Part shown: in pieces, positions 20,901 through 35,200 of the stretch
How positions within the stretch are numbered: the stretch's first letter is position 1
Layout: every line of letters begins with the position of its first letter
From: Magallana gigas
Lineage: Eukaryota
Assembly (NCBI RefSeq): GCF_963853765.1
Contig: NC_088859.1
Span: 31,434,001-31,498,000 of the forward strand
Direction of reading: 5' to 3'
Length of the DNA: 64,000 nt
Translations under genes and position numbers: made by a program
Notes under the pieces: model-generated
Databases searched by the model: none
The model's input: the letters and a program-made list of their open reading frames with translations, nothing else
What the model was told of the DNA's origin: nothing

Positions 20901-23900
20901 CTTTCCTGAAATAAATCATGCCAATTGTAAAAATAATTCCACATTGTATTCAGGGAGATGATATTAAGACAAAGCTTCAATTATCTAGACATACCCGGTC
21001 CAGCAGGTAGGAGTGAATCTTGGTTCTATAAATGGCTGAATCTGTGATAAAATTCTCAATGAAGAAGCCCTGAAAGAGTTAAAGGATGCACAAATAGAGG
21101 AGTAAATGAATATGTAAAATAATCAATTTTGATTCATTATGAACATTATTTGTTATATAAACTAGTAAATCTTTTAAAGTTTCTAAAGAAGGGTTAATGA
21201 AACTGATTTTTCTGTAAGCAAGAATTCATTATAAGCCTGTTTGCTATAACTGTGTTTTACTGTGTGTCTGACTTTGATCTATACATATGTATTACCAAAG
21301 TCTGAGATCTTACCACTCGACTAGACTCAGTGTTGGTGACAGTGGCGGCTGAACACAGGGACCTGAGGACTGTCAGTGTGGCAGACAGGTGCTTGAAGGC
21401 GTCGGTCTCTGATCCACCCCCAGCCAGGTCAAACAGCTGTCGTAACATGTGCATGGCCCAAAAAGTCTTACCACTTCCACTCTCCCCACTGAAAATACAA
21501 AACTAGAGAATCAGAAAATTCATACTATACTCAAAATTCATAGTAAATAAACAGTAGGATCTATTTTTCTTTTTTCAAGAGTCTAAATGTTTTATAAATT
21601 TTTCAATCAAAATTTGAAGTGTCTTTTCATCACATATGATGCCTAGTAGGTTCAATGAAACTGAAAGTATAAATAAATATTAATCCCAGCTTTCAAGTTT
21701 ATGATCTGGATAAAGCCATAAGGACTTGCAACGAAATTAAAAAAACATATATAAGGAAGATACACAATGGTTATAGCAATATTACAGTAATATGGATGCT
21801 AATTTGTTTATAAAGCCATTTTTAACCATTAGCTGTAATTATCACATTCCTTATGGCATCAATTTTATCCTAATTTGAATTCTCCTAAATTTTTATTGCA
21901 CTGTAATTCAAGTTAATAAAATGTTGTCATAAAAAGTATACCCTCAGATACACATTCCATATCTTAATTTTTTCTAAATTCTTTTTTATCAGATTAAGTT
22001 TTTTAAAACCTTTTACCATAAAGTTTGACATCTTGCAAGCATGACTTTTTTTTATTATTGAAATCATGATATGGGTGTACATACGGTAATAGTTGGTTAA
22101 AGTAGTTGTCTTTTAATGTGCTTATGTATAATTTATGGTTGTTTATTGATGGTAATGGAGCAAAACTGCCGACAGACACTGAGGTAAAAAAATCATCAAT
22201 TATTCCGCCGACATAAAAAAAGCTCTGACAAGGCTTTATGGGAGAATCGCTAGAAAAAGTACGAACACTTTGGAAGTGGACAAAAAGCAAGCAACCTAAA
22301 AATGCAATCTTTTATAAGAATAAATCTTCAAATACACTGGCACATAATAACATAGCTTTTGCATTTGTCATAGGCCTGAGAAGAGAAGCCCATTGTTATG
22401 TAAAAGAGTGCTTTATATAACTTTGCAGGTCTATAAATACCTGCAGATAATGGCCTGGGAGTGCCCCGTGTCTGCATGCTGGGTGACCGCTTCACGGACC
22501 AAACCATCCAGGAGCCACTGAGGCTGGGCTGGCTCCACTAAGCATCTGGCTGCTGGCCGGTACCGGTTGTTGTTCAGAGAGACAACCACTGGACCAAGCT
22601 TACACTTTTAAAGAGAATGAATAAATTTAAGAATTGACCCCCCCACTGATTGTTTCTTTTTCAAAGAAACAACCACTGGACCAAGGTTACAATGAGGAAA
22701 TAAATAATTAACTATAGGCCAAAGTTTTATCAAATCTAGTACATGTACCAGTAGTTACATAATTTAATAGCAGTTAAAGAATGCATTTGAAACTAAAAGA
22801 AATTATATTCTATATGTAAATTTTCATTCACAGAATTTGCAAAATTTCCAAAACATCATTAAGTTCCTTAAAAAAATAATTGCAAATTAAGGCTGATTTA
22901 TCATACCCCTCCCCTCAACTCGACCACACAAATTTCAACTCCTCTATAAGTTAAAATGAAAAGAGAATTTATTTGTACAGGTAATTATTTCTTCTCAATT
23001 AAATGGGTACAAAGTCATTTTCAGACTTATTTTCATTGTAATACGCTGATTCATTCCAAGTTTCACTCTGAACTGTCACACACAATACAGAACACATGAT
23101 GTGCACCGAGAGACCACACTCAACAAGACAACCAGCACTTATGTGTAATGAACGGTCTAATTAGACTTATTCTTGATCAAACGCTTGAACAAATCCTTTG
23201 CACATTCAACTGAGCATATTTCCCTTTCATGATGAATTATCAAAAGGTTCATTCCCCCCTACCAACATTCATTCATTGTCCTTTCAAACTTAAAATTGAA
23301 GCAAGGGTATATAATAAGTTCATGATCATTATGTTTAAATTCATAAAATCATAACATCTCAAAAGAGATTCTTTTTATCACATGCTTTAACCCTTTTTGT
23401 TTTACCAAAATACATTTTGATAGCACTTTATTTAGATAAAAGAGATCCAACTTCATTTCAACTGTAATGTGTAAATTTGTATTGTGATGTCATCGTGGTT
23501 TTGTATAATAAAAAAATAATTATAACATGGATGATACCCACTGCATATTGAGTGCAAACGTGGTGTAAGTATATTAAGCACAGCTGATTACCTGGAAGCG
23601 CTGGGAGTAGAACTTGGCCTGCAGACATCTGACCACTGTCTCCTCAGTGAGGGGCCCCACTAGATGGGTCAGGTCCTCAATCAGAGAGAAGTCAGTCATT
23701 GCCAGGCACCATCCCTCTCCTGCAAGCAACAACACACTCATGTTATATAGGGGAGGGAATACAGTAAAACAGCTAACAAGCTTATAATGAATTCACTCAT
23801 AAAGTGAAATCAGTTTCATTTCCTGCATTTCCTGCATAATATAAACTCATAATGAAATGAGTTATATAATTACAAATCAAAATTGTTCATCACTGCCACT

Positions 23901-26900
23901 CTTCAATAAGAATGCTTTACTGAACTCCATAATTCTAGAGGATCCCTCAAAGAAAGTTTTAACTTGGGAAGGAATATAAGGGATGTCAACAAAATTTAAG
24001 CTCCAAATTACCGTACATGTTGGAGAAAGTGATGGACTATACCCCTATTGGTTATTGTCTGATACCCCTAAATAGAAAAGATTGGTTGTGAAGAATCAAT
24101 GTCCTCCTTCCTGAAATTATAGACTCAGTATATGAATCGAGAAAGCCAGTATTTGGTGAGGACACATACTATGGTATTTGCATGAAATCTGCAAATATAA
24201 CCCATCTACCATGCACTCACATACTACTGCTACAGCAGTACATGTACTCTCCAGGTAAAAATGATGTCACTTAATTATAACTTCCTTCCAATTAAGTCAT
24301 TGCATCTCTTTATCCCATTTTACCTATGACCTGTCCCTTGATTTGACAAAACTATTACCAGGTACATGTCTGGGTTTTTTCACCAGTAATTGACTCGCTA
24401 GCTAGATCACAGAATGCAACATATTTATTCATCTTTCAAAGTGGGTATGCATCCTGTTTCATCACAGGAAAATAGTTTAACAAAAGGTGAACTGGTACTA
24501 ATTCTCAAAAAAAAAAATTCCTTTACACAGTATAATTCTCTGATATCACTGGTGATACATTTTACTTTAAACACTTCCGTGATAAAACACTGTAAATGCA
24601 AAGGGGTCAGGTACTCTTATGCACTTAATTAACCAGACACAAAATAACTTTAAAACATTATTCAAGACAACGCCTGCCTCAATGTCAATTAACAATTGCT
24701 CATCTAATTAAAGTTAGTTGCAATATTAAAATTTAAAAGACCGTTTTTTTTAACAAAAATTACTGAATCTCGATCAGTAAATCTCGTTTCTCAATCTTTC
24801 GAGGATATCATTTGATATTGCTGATTAATGTTGCATCTTACCTGCAAACTCTATTGTTAAAATCCATGCAAATTCCAGACAAATTGTATCATTACTGCAC
24901 TAGAATAAACCAGAAAAAAGGCACCCCTATATTTACTCACTAACAAAGGCAAATTATTCAAGGAATGCTCCAAGTCTCTAATTCCATGAGAATTTTATGG
25001 AGTGTATAGTATAATAAGTCAATACCAGAGGAGGACAGAAGTCTTTAGTTGAATTATACCTCACACATTAAATAATTCTCTGATATGTAAAGTAAACCAC
25101 AGCATTATCAGCTAATTACCGACACAAGACCTCAGATTGCGAGACTTTAGTCCCGGATTAGCATACAATTACTACTGCTTATGCACTGACAACAATCTAT
25201 CATAATACAAGAACCTGCTAGACTTTTAAATCTCTAGAGGTGTGCAGTAAGACTATTGGCAACTTTACAAGGAATCTCCACAATTTCTACCCGAACAGAA
25301 GAAAATTTTGTTACTGTTTTAAGAGTATTTTCTTTTAATTTTCAGGGGGAGGGGGGATTAAAGAATCAGGGCAGTCAATGAATAAGACAGGAAAGATATA
25401 TAGGCTCTACGCTTGACTCAATTAATCAGATTTTAAAACTAATTGTAGAGGGAAGAACATGGGAGGTTTGATAAATAAAATTGATAAATAGAAATTAACT
25501 TTCTTAATTTACTTCTATTTTGACTTAATTCTTATGGTATTTATTTTCTTCTGAAAAAAAAAAATTTTCACAAGATGTCAGAAAAAAATCCTTAAAAAAA
25601 AATAGAGTAACTGCCAAATTTTATTTTGTATGATTGAAAAAAACCCGAGAATTTAGCTTCAGAATATTAATACCAGGTACACACCCTCATACAAGCACCA
25701 AATGTTGTTTATTCAATTCTGTAATCAATTTTGACACTCTTTTATTAAAGAATAATTTTTATCTTCAAACATCATTATCCTGGACAAAAGCCATTGGACC
25801 TCCTGACACAGAAAGACTCCATAGAATGTTAAATAAATGACAAAACTCACGAAAAACACCTTACAATCCAATTCCTATTAACTACTCACAATAAGATCCC
25901 AGGGATCAGGTAGTCTTTGATCTCAAAAAGAAAATGAATTTCAATCTCACTTTTGAATGTATGAAGTTTTTCAATTGTTGCAGCTCCTTTAGACTAGGGA
26001 GCTGTCATATTTGGAGAGTTTTTTCACGGAGAGTTTTGTCAATGGGGCGAGACACGGGGAGCATTGAATGATCTGTTAAACAACACAATCTTGTCACTTG
26101 TGGTAGATAGTCTGACAGATTCTCCTCGTAAAACCAGTGTTTACACACTAGCCCAGAAAAAAAAATGCCTATCGACATTAAACCCTCTCCACATGGACAC
26201 ATAGACATAAAGATGCATCTTATTTCAGTACAACAAATTACCTGATTGTCAAATCATCCATGTACACAAATTATGGGTTTGGATTGAGGAATTAGACCCT
26301 AGAAGAGGAGCCAATGAATGCTGTGTGTAAATAAACTGGTCCACCTCTAACAACATTTTTAAAGTCACAGCTTTCATAAAAAAAATGTTATTGAATTCAT
26401 TTATAAATAAGTTCTGAGTGGTTTTTTACGTTTGTAAAAAGTGTTTAATTTGCTTAGCTGTTATATATGATGACTTCTTAGCTTATGGTTGTGTTATATG
26501 CACTTACAAATGTATACGTACCAGCTAGGGTCTCTCATTTATACCTAAACACTTCCACAGGCAAATAAAACATCATTATAGGTAATATGTATCAAATTTT
26601 TTTTTTAAAAGTCAGCATTCATTATATTTCTTCATTGAATTTGTAGAGGTAAATGCATTCAAAAATTGAAAACAGTGTGATTCATATTTTAGCATGGACA
26701 TTAGATTGATGAAATGTTTGATAGCACTTCTTCAAATTTCAAGATTTTTCACATGATTCTGTAAATGAAATATTTTGATAACCTAGGAAATTTAGGAATT
26801 TAGACAACAAATTCTGATCATAAGCTCAAGATTTATTGACATAAGAGAGTTCCACCTCATACAGAAGATTTCACAGATTATTCCGACATAACCAACCAAA

Positions 26901-29898
26901 TCTCGTCTAGCAATGTTGTGACAGACATGTCTCTGGGCTTTCAGATCCTGTCACCCATGGATTCCACTGCCTGTAGACTTAATCAACCTTCACCATAATT
27001 TTACAAATCCCATAGCTAACAAAGCATTAAATAAGCCTTCCAAAACATTAAACATCCTCGGATTAACAACTTACATACATGCTGACTGTGAAAGCAAACA
27101 CTCACGTTTGATTTTTCAACCTTAGAAAGAATTTTTTTAAAAGAAAAATGACAAAAAAATCTCTTGATAATCTCTAAACTGATCACAAGTCTGCATTGTT
27201 ATGTAAAAGATATTTTTCACATTTTTTTCTCAGAACCCGTCAACTTGATGAATATTTTAACCTACCTGGGATAGGGTCCCAGTGTGAACTATTCTGATTC
27301 TCTGTCACCCCAAATGACAATACAACCTCCTGTTAAAGGAGTCTAAAACCCCTTCCCATCTACCTCTCTTTATAACGATAACATCTCTCTCTCTCTTCCT
27401 CGTAAATTGTCACACCCCTCCTGCTTTTATATTAACCTCTATTCAACTAGACATCACCAATCAAGTCATTCACAAGTTTTTATGTCATTTACTGCATTGA
27501 AATTTGAAGAATGCCTCTATAAAAAAACAGTTTTTTCTTTTTATATCCACATTACAATAACGTTTTTTATCCACATTTGAAAACTTTAAAGGCATTTTTC
27601 ATTTTTTCATTGTGAAAACTAACCTTGATCATAAATTTACAAGTTTCAGAGATGGTTACCCACCATTAGTTTTTTATGTTTAGTTTATATTTAGTTAATT
27701 TATTGCCAACATATTCTAAAAATAACTCTTGAATTGTGTTTTTAATATTTAATATTGCACTACTATACACTAAAATAAGAAGAATGGGACACACCATTTG
27801 CAGTGAAAAATCATAGTTTCTGCATAGACTACATGTTCAAATTCCAAATTTTTACATTTCGTTCCAGTGATTGTTTGAATTTTTTTTTTTTTAGAATTCT
27901 AGATCTTTAGCAGTGAATGATATCTCTTATTAATAATGTTAACAATATGTTGGAAATAAATACACACACTCTTAAGTAAAGTGATTACAGTGATTATTTT
28001 ATCGATAATGCATTGCACATTTATTAAATATTGAACAAAGTTACTTACTAATTAGTCAATTAATTGCAAATGTAGAATCCAAATATTTTATGTAGTTCAC
28101 AGATTTTTTCAGATAAATTCCTGTAACAATCCAAGATTCACATAACTCCAACACATTTTATAAATTGGTTCAAATCCAGATCAGAACTAGGGAATATGGT
28201 CAATCCGTCAATTTTTCTAGGTCCAACATTAATTGGAATTGGAGTTTATCTCCTTTCCTTAAAGCTAAGTCAAATATTTCATACAAATAATTCCTTCAGT
28301 GTATCCTTAGAAGGACTTAAGAGTAGATACTGCGTGAATAGCCATATAAGCTGGTATTCGCGGGAATTGTCCCTGCTCATTTGATCGTGACCTCGGTTTA
28401 TATTAAACAGACAATCTTCTCAGACAATGCCTTCAATCTGATGAATAGGTAATATATGTCACACAAACATTTATAGACTTACCAATGTCTTATTTTTCTC
28501 TTGACCAAATACAGGCTAAAAGCAAGAAACTCTATGCTGGGTTGCTTATCCAGGTTTTGAACTTAATTTTTTCTTGTAGCAAGGAGGAAGTCAACAAAAT
28601 CAGTGAATAAGAAAATATCTTTTACCCCCATTTGCATATGTTCCTTTTTGTGTTGTTAATTAATATCTATACAAAAATCAGTCTATTGTGTTCATGGGCC
28701 AATTCTCCCTTTATCTCTGCCCTGTGATGCCTGACTATCTTGATGCCAGATAAGTAATCGCCATATACCCTGAGTTCTAAATCCACAACAGGTAATTCAA
28801 TTTACCCAACCCCCTTTTGTAGAGGATAAAACAGAGCAAGTCTTTGACTCCACTGATGTATTGACAAGCAGGTATCATGTATTCCAAGGGTCGTTTATTT
28901 TGACAAACCCCATAGAAGTGACCGGTCAAGTGGTTCTGTTGGAAAATAAACATGCCAAAGCCGATTACCACGTAGTATCAAGTGGAAATACGCTCTGTCC
29001 ACTTGATACACTGAACAACAATATTTAAAGGGTAAAATTACAGTAGTGGACAGGTGGAATTCACACTTTTCCTTGCCACACAGGGCTCACTTATGTAAAC
29101 CGAGCCCAATACCTCCATTATTTTGGGGGACCCATTCATGATTTACTAGTTCAACTTTTGATATATAGCTTTCATATTTCATGATATCATGCAATGAACC
29201 AATTGTTGGTAAACACACATGCATTGAATCATGGCATTAATGAATACCTAATTCCCCAGTCACCAGAATTATGAATCATAAATTGTGGGGAAAATCATCT
29301 AACAACCAACACCTGGATTTATATTAAAGTTTTAAAGATTAGAAAAATCATATGTTAGAATGATTTATCATAATATTTGTACTTTTGACAGTTCAACATT
29401 TTGAAGCCATTTCTTTTTTCATATTAAATATATGGATTTATATGTACTTATTCATTTCAGGTCAAGATCTAGTAAATGAAGGATGCCTATAGGTTTATGA
29501 AATCCAGGATATAAATTCTTTCAATGATGCTTCATAACAACAGCTTTGTTTGATAGGGTGTACGGGGTTTAAACTTTTGGTAAAGACAATGAAAAATCAT
29601 GATTTTAAATGTCAATTTCTATGTAATCGAAAGAGAATAAGTAATGAATCTCTGAGTTTTGTCCACTTTTGACTTATCAAATTTATCTAGAATGCCTACA
29701 GTCTCTCAAAAAAAATATTGATCAGATTGTAAAATGATTGTACTGTTCATGCAAACATTTTTCAACAGACTTTTAAGAGTTATCTCCCTTTATAAAGACT
29801 GCATTTTTAAATTTTGATCCAAAATATATATCAGAAATTATTTAAATTCTGTATAATCCTTTTCAACAATTAAACTAATCTGTTTACATGTAATTGTG

Positions 29899-29978
<80 letters not shown>

Positions 29979-30148
29979 AAATGGGATTGCTTTGCAGAAC
30001 CAAAAAAATGTTTAATTAAAACAGTATGTAATGTGGGAGTCTAATCCACGAGAGAGATTTCATATTTCCTAATCAAGAGACTTCAGAACTTACCTAGAAT
30101 CTTTTGATTGTCTGATTTATTTGCTGATACATCATCTTCCTTTTCCAT
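14960..30148 (-). CDS. dachs: Dachs-like unconventional myosin (class XX type), about 928 aa: motor domain, one IQ motif, C-terminal SH3-like domain
   Basis: 24 phase-compatible exons in transcript order: 30094-30148, 23592-23719, 22441-22604, 21314-21488, 20995-21069, 20821-20905, 20473-20582, 20260-20386, 20043-20161, 19708-19846, 19491-19621, 18299-18472, 18113-18216, 17736-17938, 17524-17584, 17343-17448, 17142-17241, 16918-17021, 16703-16797, 16343-16516, 15670-15757, 15451-15550, 15180-15316, 14960-14992. P-loop GESGSGKT, ERNYHIFYQML, switch II DMFGFE, IQAYWKGRLCRK. The segments GGGSETDAFKHL, TNTESSRVG and SAIYRTKIHSYLLD match Drosophila Dachs as I recall it. The first exon (30094-30148) is assigned on phase fit only. 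Confidence 0.85.
15983..16200. mobile_element. Tc1/mariner-type MITE with TA target duplication, in a dachs intron
   Basis: TA-CTGTAAACCAACTTTTA...TAAAAGTTGGTTTACAG-TA, with internal CGCG-rich repeats. Confidence 0.8.
18542..19443. mobile_element. Non-autonomous Helitron/Helentron-like element (Pearl/HINE architecture), in a dachs intron
   Basis: Starts AAACTAGAGG; two tandem 146-bp core units (from 19088 and 19234); a (GACA/GACG)n microsatellite; terminal hairpin TATACCCCCCC...GGGGGGTATA at 19407-19440. Confidence 0.75.
29902..29974. repeat. (AG)n microsatellite, about 36 units; shorter AG/CT tracts at about 30367-30402 and 15878-15897
   Basis: Directly visible perfect dinucleotide run. 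Confidence 0.97.
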
Positions 30149-30364
30149 AGCAAGGCAAACCAAGTAGTTAACTATCCACAACTGCAGGACTCCTTGCACT
30201 ATTCTGCATCTTTTGAAATCTACAACATATTGAACATACCAGAATTAATAATATGTTATACGGTGCTAACGTTGTGACGAGCGGAGCAAGAATTACACAT
30301 ATATGTACAATGCATCAATGTCAACTTAGTGTTATTTAAGTTATCAACTAACATCAAAGAATTT

Positions 30365-30404
<40 letters not shown>

Positions 30405-31764
30405 ATTATAAGATTTCTAAGTTTTAAAATTCTTACAAAATTCATATACTTGCTTCCGCCTAAAACCGTTCTTTACTATTGGAGATCAAGAATTGATCAG
30501 TCTGTAAAATTTATTTTGTGTTTAATTTGGTCAAAATTGTTAACGATGAATACAGTATATATATATTTTTTTGGGGTGCCTTGTTGTTATCTAAATTTTA
30601 TTTTTTTCCTGGTTCATATTTTTTTTTTGGCATTCTAATTACATACATTGTATCCGTGCCCCCAGTCCCTAATTGTAGGTGTGTATAATTTCCTATTTTC
30701 TAATTTAATGGTTTTACAATATGCAATATCTGTATAGATTTTTTAACTGGTTTTTTTCTATTTCATCTTTTTTTTTTTCAGTTCAAAATGAATTATTTTT
30801 TTATTCTTCCCTACTTATACTTACTGTACATGCATGCAAATTTAGCTTAAAATTGGAGCAAGATGATAGTAAAGTATGGCTCTTGCTAGTATATATTTAA
30901 TCTCTCTATCAAAACAAAAACAAACAATCAAAAACTTCATCTGAGGCAGGTATCGCAGTCTATACTGAAATACAGTACTGTAGCTGGTACACGCATTACA
31001 GATGTTTGATCCACCTCTAATTTAACGCGGGAAATATATCGGGAGAGCACTGTGACAACATTCGTGACATGTTTTGTCTTTGTTTACGTATCTCGACTCA
31101 ATACGAAGGTATGAAAGCATGAAACAAATCTCTTGGGTCTCGTCAAAGCTTGTGCAATATTCAGAACGTGTCTTCAAACCTCAAGACACCGTTAATTACA
31201 AGTTAAAAGTCAGCCAATTTTGGCATAGCACCACGGGTGAAAACATTAGAGAGCATTATGGGACGTAGACAAAAAATTTTGTTTGATGAATCTATAGGTT
31301 TAGCTCATTCTTTTTCCCCCGCACACTGGTTCTTACAGCTCGCTGCGCGCCAACGACCTATTAACATATTTGAAATTGTGTAAAGAGAAACTAATTATTA
31401 CTATTACCTGCTCATGTATCATTTATAATTGAATATGTTGATTTCTTTAAAGGATACAGTCAAACCCAGGTATCTATAAAACTCAATGATCTATTGCATT
31501 GGACATGGGAGCAATTAACTTTGATATATGCAATAATTTGCATTGTTAATGTTTGAGACGTCAATTTTTTTCAGGTTTCAGGAGAGCTGTGTATACATTT
31601 TCGCTCCCTACATATTCTATATATTTTCCTTTATATTCTTAGACTATATATTTTATAAAATATATTCTCATACATGCGATTTGTAATGGCGGTACGCAAA
31701 ATGTACTGTTTTTTTCAACCCCATTCACGGTGTACAGAAGGGACACCAAAATTCACGGAAGAAC

Positions 31765-31843
31765 TTCTCGCCAGTACATTGTGACGTCATTTTTCGTCTA
31801 TAATATGTGTTGATAAAATGACGTCACAATGTACTGGCGAGAA
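31765..31843. repeat. Perfect 29-bp inverted repeat with a 21-nt spacer; each arm contains TGACGTCA
   Basis: TTCTCGCCAGTACATTGTGACGTCATTTT (31765-31793) is the exact reverse complement of 31815-31843. Confidence 0.9.
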
Positions 31844-32246
31844 ATGGTACTCGGCGAGAACTGGTCGCATGCCAGTACAGTTTTGTCACCGAACTCCGGT
31901 TTTTAAGGCTCCTATTCAGTTTTTTGGTCTTCAACATATCACATGTATGTATTGTTGTGATGAAAAGATGCATACAAAATTTAAGTTGTATTTGTCTATC
32001 AACGTTACCAACATAAACACTAACGTTAGGCAATACAATACGTAAAGTTGTCACCAAGCACATTACCGGTAATTTGTAAGTTTCTTTCATAATATCAACT
32101 GAGCATTATATGGATGGAGTGGACTCATATAGTAAAAAGGGTATGTAAAAAACATACTTTCACACCAAGACGCATGATGACGGATAAAGTGAAAGAGAAA
32201 GTAAACATACTAAATCTACCTTCATAACCCTGGAGAGTTTTTCATA

Positions 32247-35200
32247 ATGTCAACACGAAAACTGTTCTCTCTTTTCTCAAAGCCACTTTTTCGATGTCAG
32301 TCACCACTGCATTTGACATCAAGATGTTCCTCGTATTTTCCTGTAAACGATGCTTTATTTGGTCTGACGCCAGAGCAAAAGCAGGTTAGATTCTTTATTT
32401 ATCTTCCAAGGTCAAAGTTCTTGTACACAACTGCTTAAGCATACATAACCTAGATGTTACTTAATTTAATAATTGTTGCGCTCAGCAGCAGTGCTTACAT
32501 TATTGCCATTTGTCATTGTTACAAAATAAACTTATCTTTTTTAGTTAAGGCAGACAGTATTTCAGTTTTGCGAAAAAGAACTTGCACCAAAAGCTGATGA
32601 GATTGACAAAACTAATGACTTCAAAGACATTAAGGTGATCAGTTTGTTATGTTTTATTTTATTAATTCATTATATATTGAAATATCACATAGAAAAATAC
32701 GTTTATTATTTTCTTGCTCAAAAAGGCTTTGTTTTACATTCCATGGTTTACTGTAGACGTGAGATTAAAATATGTTGTATAATGTATTTGATAGGATTTT
32801 TGGAGAAAATGTGGAGAACTTGGATTAATGGGAATTACTGCACCTGGTAAGTAGGTTTAGATAGAGTAAGAGAATACAATATGTACTATTAGTCACTTAT
32901 CTCATTACTGATCCATATTCATAAATTGTATGATAACATTATACATGGTTTGTCATTATTTTGCATCAATAGCACAGTATGGTGGAACAGAGGGAACATA
33001 TCTAGATCATTGTCTTGTGATGGAGGAAATGAGTAGATTCTCAGCAGCCATTGCATTAAGCTATGGAGCTCATTCCAATTTGTGTGTCAACCAGCTTGTC
33101 CGAAATGGCAGTGAGGCCCAAAAAGAAAAATACTTACCAGAGGTATCCCTATGCTGGAGTGAAGCATAATTATCTCTTCATGTCAAGATTTTCTTGGTGC
33201 AATGCATATTACACTTACCTTTCTCAACTATCAGTTTCAGGTCATTTACTACAGTTTTATTTTGTTCACGTTTTCAGTTGATCTCAGGTGAAAAAGTAGG
33301 GGCCCTAGCTATGAGTGAACCTAATGCAGGATCTGATGTTGTGTCAATGAAATTGAAAGCAGAGAAACAAGGTTAATAATTTCGAAACAACAGCACTACT
33401 CATTTACATCTTCATGCCATAAATGTATTAATATTTAAAAATGTTCATTCTTATATATTAAGATGAGTTTAGTATAATCAATTTAGTAATTGCTAATGAA
33501 ACATACTGATAGCAGAGATTTCAGAAGAAATCTGAAAAGCCAGTTATGTTAATTATTTAGTTTAATCTTAGTATACTGTACATATTGCAAATGGAACATA
33601 GCATAGTGTTTGAAGAAAAATCATCAAATGCATGCATATATTTCGATCAAAATTAGCTATATACGGAAATAAAGATGAACTTTTAGTTAATTTTTTTTTG
33701 GAATATTCATAATTTTTTAAAGCATTAGTCTAATTGCCTCTGACTTATTCTGGTATTTAAAAGCTAATGGAAACTTTAAACTTTGGCTCTGATGAGTGAA
33801 GTCTATACAGGACTGACTGAATCTTGCTATATGCTGCTGATACCTCATAATTACTTAGCAATAAATTCTGTACTCTATCAAGACATTTAAAATATTTAGA
33901 ATGAAATACTCTTTTCTAGGAGATTACTATGTACTAAATGGCACAAAGTTTTGGATAACAAATGGACCTGATGCTGATACTCTTATTGTGTATGCCAAGA
34001 CTGATTTATCTGCTGCTCCTCAACATGGAATTACAGCCTTCATTGTGGAAAAGGTATAAATTTGTTGTTTGAAGAATTCTAGAGTCATTGATTTTTAAGA
34101 CATTAGCATTGCATGCCCAGATTGAACACATTTTCATTGTTATTGTTAGGGAATGCCTGGTTTTAGTACAGGGATCAAGCTTGACAAGCTTGGAATGAGG
34201 GGCTCAAATACATCAGAATTAATATTTGAAGACTGTAAAGTTCCAGGTGAGTCTCCACTTTTATTTTTATTAAAAGCAAAGTATAGCAAAGTTATTAAAC
34301 TTATAGATACTTTGTATTTTATATGCAAGTGAAATCAATGATGTTTTCACTTCCTTCAAATTATTACGGTACATTTTGTATGTCTGGGTACATATACATG
34401 TTATTTAAACCCATTTAAATAATATTCTTCATAGTTCTCACTTACAAAAATTTTTAACAAAATAAATGTTAATTCAACTGGTCTAACAAATCAGCGTTGC
34501 CCGGTCTGCCGAAGTAATATAAAAATTGTTAGATCGCTACATCACAGCTTATTTATATTCGTCCGATCTTAGCAGAACAAAATTAGCCTAAGAGCTGTGT
34601 GACATGAATGGCTGGTCGCTACTTGAAATAATATTCACCTCTGTAGTGGAGAGTATAACAAAATTTGACAGAGATTGGGGCAACTTATCATTTGTTTGAC
34701 CTTCAGACAGAAATGTAGCCCTTATCCTTTAGCCTTGGGCAACATTTGTGTCTTCAGGTTCAACAAATCATATTTTTTCCTGATGTCGATCCAGTTAATA
34801 AAAGTACAATATATTATGAGTGTAATACATTATTAATGTGTGTATGTACCTTTTCCCTATCCATTTAATGTCAATTTCCTTAGATGTTATGTGATACTAA
34901 GTAGAACAGTTGCCCTTGTGGCTGATTTATCTAAAGGTCTTGATTCTAGGCCAGAGGTCAAGGTCATTTCTACTCATATTTCATTTTTTAAAAAGAGGAT
35001 ACTCATTAATTTTATCATTTTCATTTTAAAGAGGCTGGATGGTCAATAATTTAACCTTCAGATCTACCTTTGAAATTTAGATAAAAAAAAAAAACTCCAA
35101 ATATTTAAAAGCTTATCTTAGGAATTTTTTCCTTTATAAATCTTTATATGAAGCTCTTTGTCTCAAAGAGATTGATATAGTCTTAAAATGGCCAAGAACA

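Noticed and set aside
23720-30093. Nested gene in the large first intron of dachs
   Set aside because: Only short, low-complexity ORFs with no recognisable domains or consistent splice chains were found.
30363-30638. ORF beginning MREKERERERER
   Set aside because: It is a translated (GA)n microsatellite followed by AT-rich sequence.
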